Origin: Eledone cirrhosa
Lineage: Eukaryota
Reading direction: 5' to 3'
Length of the DNA stretch: 64,000 nucleotides
Assembly: GCA_964016885.1 (NCBI GenBank)
Contig: OZ024741.1
Coordinates: 334,676,001-334,740,000, forward strand
Under the pieces are notes generated by a model. The model worked only from the letters and a program-made list of their open reading frames with translations. It was not told where the DNA came from and did no database searches. The first letter of the stretch is position 1, and every line of letters begins with the position of its first letter. This document shows, piece after piece, positions 55,193 to 64,000 of the stretch. A program made the translations under genes and the position numbers.

Positions 55193-55948
55193 GTCATTAA
55201 CCCTTTCATTGCTATATTTCTAATGAAAGATGCTGCCTATGTCATTTACCCTTTTGTAATCATATTTCTAATTATATCATTAACCCTTTTGTTAACATAT
55301 TTTAATGAAAGGTATTGTCTATGTCCTTAACCTTTCCATTACCATATTTTTAATGAAAGACACTACCTATGTCATTAACCCTTTCCTTACGATATTTCTA
55401 GTGAAAGTCACTGTCTATGTCATTAACCCTTTCCTTATCATATTTCTAGTGAAAGTCACTGTTTATGTCATTAACACTTCCATTACAATATTTCTAATGA
55501 AAGACACTGTTTATGTCATTAACCCTTCCATTTCCATATTTCTAGTGAAAGTCACTGTCTATGTCATTAACCCTTTCCTTATCATATTTCTAGTGAAAGT
55601 CACTGTTTATGTCATTAACACTTCCATTACAATATTTCTAATGAAAGACACTGTTTATGTCATTAACCCTTCCATTTCCATATTTCTAGTGAAAGTCACT
55701 GTCTATGTCATTAACCCTTCCATTTCCATATTTCTAGTGAAAGTCACTGTCTATGTCATTAACCCTTCCATTACAATATTTCTAATGAAAGACACTGTTT
55801 ATGTCATTAACCCTTCCATTTCCATATTTCTAGTGAAAGTCACTGTCTATGTCATTAACCCTTTCCTTATCATATTTCTAGTGAAAGTCACTGTCTATGT
55901 CATTAACCCTTTCCTTATCATATTTCTAATGAAAGACACTGCCTATGA
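55193..55948 (+). repeat. 48-bp tandem array (~15-16 units) derived from a TTAA-MITE terminus
   Basis: Unit gtcattaacccttccattaccatatttctaatgaaagacactgtctat matches the MITE family 2 end at ~39509 and ~17160. Confidence 0.9.
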
Positions 55949-56445
55949 TTGTATAGTGAACTTTTAAACCATTCGGCTGCATTCACTTACGCTCTACTGA
56001 TTTTGTCAATCCTCGACCATCCTTTTTAGATAAATATTAACTTGGACACTCAATTACTGGACATCTGACAGTTCTAGCAATGTGTGTTCCAGTTGAATTG
56101 ATCAATGGAACAGCTTGCTTGTGAAATTAACGTGTAAGTGTCTGAGCATATATATACTTGACTAAACATAGTTCTCAGGGAGATTCAGCATGGAACTGTG
56201 AGCGACAAGGCTGACCTTTTGAATTAAAATCCAAGTTGCTGAACATTCCACAGACACATATACACTTATCATAGTTCTCAGGGAAATTCAGGATGGAACT
56301 GAGTGATAAAGCTGACCCTTTGAATTACAGGTACAGCTATTTTCTCCCAGCTGATGTGGGCTGGAGCAGCAGGAAATACAGTGTTTTATTTAAATACGCA
56401 ATGCTGGTGATCAACATGATAAAATCACCCAGTACATATTAACCT

Positions 56446-56603
56446 CTTGTTTAGTAAGCTTTCTATGGCTAGATGCTGTCCCTAACACCAACCACTTTAT
56501 AGTATGTACTCATTATGTACTCATACCTTAAACTAATGAGTACATACTATAAAGTGGTTGGTGTTAGGGACGGCATCTAGCCATAGAAAGCTTACTAAAC
56601 AAG
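56446..56603. repeat. 70-bp-arm inverted repeat, 1 mismatch, 18-nt loop
   Basis: 56446-56515 vs 56534-56603 compared base by base. Confidence 0.95.
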
Positions 56604-57420
56604 GAGTTAGGAAGACCCTTCAGTTTGTGTCAAATGACACAACTTCTCCTCTGAACTCGATATGACATTTTGTAAGCAGTATACAGACCCTTTGGCCTGT
56701 CTGGGAGGTCAATAGCCCCGTTTCAGTACTGACTTGGTCTATGTGAACCTGTCCAACTCTTGCTAGCTGGGAAAGTGGACGTTAAATGATGATAATAAAT
56801 GCACTGCTGGGACTCAAACTCATGACCATATGATTGTGAACCAAACATTTGAACCACAAAACTACATACCTTCACATTTGACATTCTATATTTTGGTGAG
56901 GACCAAATAATCAATTGGACAGAATGAGAGACAGAACTGATGTCTCTAGTTTAGATATTTCTGACAATTTTCCTGTCTCCTGTAATATCTTCTTTCTTGG
57001 TAGGTCCATAAATGTGGGATGTGTGGTGTGGTGTGGTGTGATGTGTTGTGTGGTGTGTCCTGTGTGTGATGTATGTGTGTGTCATATGTGTGTGTGTGAT
57101 ATGTGTGTGATGAGTGTGTGTATGATGTGTGGTGTATGTGTGTGGTGTGATGTGTGTGTGTGTGGTGTGTGTTGTGTGTGGTTTGTGTGTGATTTCTTAT
57201 GTTTGTAATGTATATGGTGTGTGTGTGTGTGTGTGTTGTCTGTGGTGTGTGTGTGTGATGTGCGTAATGTATATGGTGATTGTGATGTATGTGCTCAGTC
57301 AGAGAGATAATCAATTCACAGACATTCCGACTGTGACCCTCCAGGGAATATGATAATGTCCGACATCTTCCCCTCTACCTGAGATTAGGAATTTTAGACA
57401 CATACATAAACACACATGCA

Positions 57421-57466
<46 letters not shown>

Positions 57467-57642
57467 CTCATATACATACATAAACACACTCACACATACA
57501 TTCATATACAGGTGTAATATGATCCATTGTAAAAAAATGCAAAATCTATCATACTGATGATGATGATGATGATGATGTCTATGATGGAATATGATCTTAG
57601 CTATACATACACACACACATATATATATATACACACACACAC

Positions 57643-58080
57643 ACATCATCATCATCATTTTACGTCCGCTTTTCCCTGCTTGCAAGGGTGGAGCAGGAAC
57701 TGATTCTGGCTTGATTTCTACAGCTGGATGCCCTTCCTAACACCAACCTCATTTACAGTGAGTGCTAGGCGCTTTTTTTCTGTGGCGCCTACACGTCCAC
57801 TTTAAAGTGTGGACTGGGTGCTTTTTTTTGCCGTGGCAACTGCACGACCACTTTGCAGTGTGGGCTGGGTGCTTTTTTGCCGTGGCACCTATACGTCCAC
57901 TTTGCAGTGGAATGATATGGACCCATGTCAATATCATCTCTTTTCTACAGCTGAGTAAACTGGAGCAATGTGAAATAAAGTGTCTTGCGCAAGGAAACAA
58001 CACATCACCTGGTCTGAGAATTGAACTCACAACCTTTCGATTGCAAAGCCAATGCTCTAACCACTAAGCCATGTGCCTCC
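57643..58080 (-). mobile_element. Family-B CORE-like SINE with expanded ~40-bp internal subrepeats
   Basis: Head nearly identical to the 29738 copy; 3-4 'cacggcaaaaaagcacccag..cacactg.aaagtgg'-type units. Confidence 0.85.
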
Positions 58081-58082
58081 AC

Positions 58083-58113
<31 letters not shown>

Positions 58114-58179
58114 TATATATACACACCCAGATATATATACACACATACACATATATATATATACACATGCACACACATA

Positions 58180-58609
58180 CAAGGGTTTTTTTTTTAAATT
58201 TGTGGCTTTAACCCTTTAATGTTCAAACCGGCCAAAACCGGCCAGAATTCTCTACCTTATTCTGTTGAAACTGGCTGTAACTGGGCACTCAAACTGATGT
58301 TAAGGTATTGTTCTCAAAATAAATAACATCAAAATCTCATAGATTCGATATTATGTGAGATAATTATGCAAGGTAAAGCCTTTACCATGAAAATATAATA
58401 GAGTAATGTAAATGCTAAAGGGTTAAGGGTATCACGAAAGGCCTGGTTAGGAGGCTCAACCTTCTGGGTTCTTTTTACGTCGCTTAGAGAAACTGAAGGA
58501 CCGCTGCAATAAGTGTGTGAATCTGAGAGGGAAATATGTGGAATAAAATCTTAATTAACTTATCCTCCTGTATTTTCTTCTACCCAAAGCCAGGAACCTT
58601 TCAACACAC

Positions 58610-58612
<3 letters not shown>
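58180..58612 (+). mobile_element. Mariner-derived MITE interrupted by a piggyBac-like MITE (58212-58422, TTAA TSD)
   Basis: Right part encodes a mariner C-terminus remnant (KLKDRCNKCVNLRGKYVE*) and TIR aaagccaggaacctttcaacacacctg|TA. Confidence 0.8.
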
Positions 58613-58655
<43 letters not shown>

Positions 58656-58742
58656 ACAAAGCGGGTGTGGTAAGATACCAGGTAGACCATAACGAACCAG
58701 AGTACTCAATACTTAGAGTAGTAGAGTGGGTAATAGGAAAAG

Positions 58743-58847
58743 AGTCAGGACCCTGACAGCTGAGCTCCGGCCATCTCAACAGGTAGATCCGAACTGTTCG
58801 GATCTAGCTGTTGAAATGGCCGGAGCTCAGCTGTCAGGGTCCTGACT
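58743..58847. repeat. 52-bp-arm palindrome (2 mismatches, 1-nt centre) made from an HHR 3' half
   Basis: agtcaggaccctgacagctgagctccggccat.tcaacag.tagatccgaac-t-reverse complement. Confidence 0.95.
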
Positions 58848-58889
58848 AATTTCTTATATATATATATATATATATATATGTATTTGGCG

Positions 58890-59290
58890 CTATGCCTTGC
58901 CTAAGTGCAAAGCAAAACCTACAGTCAGTAGGCACCTCTTACCAAAATATACCCCCGTCCCACTACCCCCGCCCCATCCACACCACCCCTCTCGATGTAA
59001 AGTTATGTTGGTACCACAACATACAGTCCTAAATAAATGAGGTCGTGTAGGGGTCACAACAAAAAAAAACACACACAGTCCACGCTGTAATGTGGCCGTG
59101 TAGGTAACACAGTAAAAAGTTCCCAGTCCACACTGTAAACGTGGTTGGTATTAGGAAGGGCATCCAGCCGTAGAAAACCCGCCAGACAGTCCTATACGAG
59201 CAGGACAACCAATCTTGCCTCAAGTGGGAAAACTCCCGTCCAAACCCATGCTAGCGTGGAAGATGGACATTAAACGATGATGATGATGAT
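58890..59290 (+). mobile_element. RTE LINE 3'UTR tail; older RTE RT remnants follow at ~59530-59890
   Basis: Matches the reverse complement of the 19791-20030 tail; downstream WKRNLES..LKVNMAKTKVL. Confidence 0.75.
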
Positions 59291-62200
59291 GATATATATA
59301 TATATATGTACATACACATACACACACACATATATGTATATATATTGACAGCCATGTTTGGAGGTGAGATTTGGCAGTGAACTTAGTTATGATGTTAAAG
59401 TGCAGGAGGCCATCCACCATGTCTCAGTCCAAAGTCCTCTTTCATTTATCATTGACCTTCAGGCTATAACTGACGTGTTTAAGGCTGAAATTATGCTTCA
59501 TCTGTGTAAGAGGTGGTAGCAAAATGCCATATATGGAAGAGGAATCTAGAATCTGGAATTGAAAGTCTTAAAAGTAAACATGGCAAAAACTAAGGTCTTG
59601 ATACAAGGGAAGGAGCACACATGAAGCAGATGCTTTCAATTGCTTGAGATGCCCCTTAAAAGTTACTAACAGCTTTTGTTGGTTGGGTGATCCAGTTGGC
59701 AGTGGGTGGGAGGATGGTGTGCTCTGAAAGTGTGGTAGCCAAAGGGAAAATGGGCTGGGGGAAGTTTAAGGGAGGTAGTATCTCTGCTGTCTAGGGGCTT
59801 CTTTCTTTGTGTGAGTGGTAAACTGTGTGATGTTTGCATGCGAGTAGGTACTTTTGCTGCATGGTAGTGAGCCATGGGCCTTAAATTTGGGATGTGCCCC
59901 TCCCCCCCATCACATCTAAAGAGATCAACAGCTCTGATTTAAATCCTGACCTGGTTCTGGTGACCAGTCCAGCCCTTACTAGCAGTGAAAGGGACATTAA
60001 GTGATATATATATATATAATGTTATATTAGGGGCGGGTCATGTTGTTATAATATTGCCAGAAAAATATATAGTAAAACATTGTTTGGTTCGGGTTGGTTT
60101 TCACTTCAGTATAGTTTATATTTCTATAATTAATTCAACTGGCAATCAATGTTTATTATTGATTGACCAACAGTTAAAAATATAGATATATATAATTTCT
60201 CAGAATTCTTTCATCACACACCTGTGGCATCATCAGTGATGTTGTTATGTTTTCTCCCATTGTATTACTGTATTACTTGCAAAACAAATATATATATATA
60301 TATAGTTTTGGTTGTGTGTTATATATATATATATATATGGTTTATATATATATATTTTGGTTTAGAAGTTTGCTTCTAAAGTATACAGTTTGGGATTCGT
60401 CTTGCTGCATGGCACCTTGGGTAAATGTCTTCTGCTATAGCCTCGAGATTACTAATGCTTAATTACTAAAGCTTGTTGTGTGTTTGTGTATGTCTTCACC
60501 TCCAAAGCACCATTAAGTCGGTGAATCTTTCTTACCACACTGAAATGTATGGGTTGACATCAGGAATGGCATCTGGTTGTTGAAAAATATACACATGCTG
60601 CAGGATAAGACATATATAATATAATGATTTGAATAATTTATATCTAGAGGGATTATTCAAGAAATTAGTTGATGATAAAAAAAACCCTTCTAGTAGTGCT
60701 TAAAATCTAAAAACAACAACAAACAAATGCAATTCATTACTTTATTACCCCCCCCCCCCCCATATATGAACATATATATATATATATATATATCAATATA
60801 TATATGCATGTATATGTATATCTCTCTCTATCTATCTATCTATCTATCTCTCTCTGGAGACATACATATACATAAATGATGGCTGCAAATTCTGCTAAGA
60901 GTATTGCAGTTGCTTGTCAGATTATAGAGTTTGGTGCACTTTTAGGCTACAGCCAACCACATGAGCTTGTAACATATCCTGAACAAGCAATGCCTGTGCT
61001 TTGAAGATTTTTTAAAGTGAGAAAAAGCCTTGCATTCGACCAATCCCACTCTCTGAGCATCGAAAACACTACCCAAAAAGGAGAAGTGGTCAGCATCATC
61101 TGATGCTTCCAAAGCCGCAGATTTTTTTTTTCAGACAAATTATGTTTAGACCCACAAGGTGATTACTTTTTAAAAAGAGAAAATGCAGATGAGATATAAT
61201 TATTTGATATTGTCAAGGAAGCTTTCAAAACAAAAATTAATAAAAACACTCATCCAAATCCCCAAAGCCTTCTCCCAAATTACCACAGTAAGGTTATACG
61301 AAACTCTCATTGAATTCCGTCATCCTAGACCCCCCAGAGACTCAGTGTAATATATTCCCTGGGATTTGAACTTGTGACTCATCAGTTCAATAGTGCAGCC
61401 ACCACTGAGATGGCTGTTGTGTTGAATATTGACACTAATTGTCATATGTATTGACATTCATATCATGTTCCTTGTTAAACTTGTCATTCACATGTGTAAC
61501 ACATACACACACACACATACATACACACATACATATATACACACATATACATACATATATACACACACACACATACATATATACATATAAACATATATAT
61601 ACACATATACACATATATAGACACTATCTCACATACATGCACATGTACACACATGCATACACACAAATATACAATTACATATACACATATATATATATAT
61701 ATATATATATACGCATTCCCACATACATACATGCATATGCATCCACATATATTTATACACACATACATACATACATACATATGCACATATATATATATTA
61801 ATACACATAAAGACTTTGTCATATACATACACATGTACATATGCACATGCACACATACTCACATGTACGCACATACATACTCACACACACATAAATGTGT
61901 ACATACACTTGCCCATATACATGCAAACACATACACACAGACACACATGTTTACATACATTTACACATGCACATACTTACACACATACACATGCACAGAG
62001 GCACACACACACACATGCATACACCACCACACCTATACACAGAGAGAGGCACACACACACACATGCACAGAGAAGCACACACACACTTATACACCAATAA
62101 ACACACATGCAGATGCAGAGAGAGGCACGCTTACACACCAATACGCACATAGACACACATAGACACACATAGAGAAGCACATACACTTACACACATGCAC

Positions 62201-62799
62201 AGACAGGTACACACACTTACACACCAATACACACATACACATGCACAGAGGCGCACAGACTCTGATATACACACTTACATATGGAGAGAGACAACACACA
62301 CACACACACACTTACACACATGGAGAAGCACACACACTTACACGCATGGAGAAGCATACACACTTACACATGCATGGAGAAGCATACACACTTACACACA
62401 CATGCACAGACAGGTACACACAAATACACACACTTACACACCAATACACAGACATATACATGGGCGCACACACACACACACACAGACACAAACACATACA
62501 CCCACATGCACATACAGAGAGAGTTATACACACTTACGCACAAATATCCACACAAGCACATAGAGAGGCACATACACTTACACACCTATACAGACCCATC
62601 CACATGCACATATACAGAAAGTAAGGCACACACACCTATACACGCACACTCCTATACACACACAGACACCTATACACACACATACAGAGAAACATAGGCA
62701 GGTGTTTGTCCACCAGAGTTAATAATGAGTGTCTGTTTGTTGAAAGACATCATATGTTCTCCTGCTGCTAGTCACTGGTACAGCTCCCCTCTTTGATGA

Positions 62800-63420
62800 T
62801 AAATGATGTGTATACAAGACAACCAACCAACCATCTAACCATCTTCACATGGCTACAAACACTAATGATGTGTATATATGACAACCATCTAACTCTCCAT
62901 CTAACCATCTATTCAACCATCCAGCCATCTAGCCATCCAACCATCTAGCCATCTAGCCATCAAGCCATCTCTACATGACTACACACTCTAATGATGTGTA
63001 TATAAGACAACCATCTAACTTTCCAGCCAACCACCCAGTCATCTAGCCATCTAGCCATCCAACCATCCAGCCATCTAGCCATCTAGCCATCTAGCCATCC
63101 AGCCATCTCTACATGGCTACAAACACAAATGATGTATATATAAGACAACTCTCCATTTAACCATCTAAACATCCAACTTTCTAACCATCCAGCCAACCAT
63201 CCAGCCATCTAGCCATCCAGACATCTCTACATGGCTACAAACACTAATGATGTGTATATGACAACCATCTAACTCTCCATTGAACCATCCAAACATCCAA
63301 CCATCTAACCATCCAACCATCTAACCATCCAGCCATTTAACCCTCCCACAATCCATCCAGCCACCCAACCATTCAACCAACCAGCCTCACAAGACTACAA
63401 AAACAGTAATGAAGTACAGA
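62800..63420. repeat. Compound ~120-140-bp repeat: conserved block plus variable (CCATCYAR)n octamers
   Basis: catggctacaaacactaatgatgtgtatat..gacaacc block recurs about five times. Confidence 0.9.
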
Positions 63421-63609
63421 AGTCCCCCTTATAACATTGATATCAACCTGAGCCTAGTTCAATGTTATCACCATGACACTTCACTGAACTGGAGAAAAAC
63501 TGTTGTCTAATAGTAAAGTGAAATAGTGAAATAATGCAACCTCCAGCACCAATCATGTTCTCTGAATATAGTCTTTTGTAGATATATATATATATATAGA
63601 GAGAGAGAG

Positions 63610-63850
63610 ATAAATAGACTGGTAAATATAGATAGATTGGCAGATATAGATAGATAGACAGGCAGATATAGATAGACTGGCAGATATAGATAGACAAACA
63701 GGCAGGTATAGATAGACTGGCAGATATAGATAGACAAACAGGCAGGTATAGATAGACTGGCAGATATAGATAAATAGACAGGCAGATATAGATAGACTGG
63801 CAGATATAGATAGACAAACAGGCAGGTATAGATAGATATACAGATAGAGG
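63610..63850. repeat. 18/22-bp alternating GATA-derived minisatellite (40-bp period)
   Basis: ggcagatatagatagacaaaca / ggcaggtatagatagact. Confidence 0.9.
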
Positions 63851-64000
63851 TAGGTGGATAGATAGATAGATAGATAGAGGTTAGATACAGAATGGAATGA
63901 CCATTGTGATTAATCCAATCCAGAACGGACAAAAAGATAAACCTCTTTTGTTTGCTTACAAATGGGGGAGATATTGGACTGTGAGCTTTATTTCTATTTG

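Noticed and set aside
54035-55330. Asp/Gly-rich or Met/Val-rich ORFs resembling acidic matrix proteins
   Set aside because: (GAT/GGT)n tract continuous with microsatellite ORFs; no signal peptide or clear splice context
55305-55967. 220-aa repeat protein (VINPSISIFLVKVTVY)n
   Set aside because: By-product of a 48-bp (multiple of 3) MITE-derived array; no independent coding evidence
57295-57400. Unique-looking segments as coding exons (also 18060-18330, 24350-24440, 26160-26345, 37460-37580)
   Set aside because: No recognisable domain, and no consistent open frame between splice signals; they could be UTR or regulatory but this is unsupported

Overview
AT-rich, microsatellite-saturated eukaryotic (metazoan) non-coding DNA. 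The SINE/LINE repertoire and the (TA)n/(CA)n/(GA)n load suggest an octopus or other coleoid genome; this is an inference. No intact host CDS is visible. Almost all ORFs in the track are microsatellite read-throughs or decayed TE fragments: Penelope-like GIY-YIG, mariner DD34D, RTE and CR1-type LINEs, tRNA-SINEs, and hAT/mariner/TTAA MITEs. A probable host 5' exon ends at a GTAAGT donor at 29113. The main hidden signal is RNA-structural: about 15 type-I hammerhead ribozyme (HHR) motifs, intact or decayed, lie mostly in segments bounded by (TA)n tracts. They include (i) a retrozyme-like array of a ~316-nt HHR-bearing monomer in tandem plus inverted arrangement (47221-48100), (ii) three unrelated HHRs with a compensatory U3-A8 core, (iii) two HHRs with large stem-II insertions in Penelope tails, and (iv) fold-back palindromes pivoting on HHR stem II. 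All alignments and pairings were read by eye.
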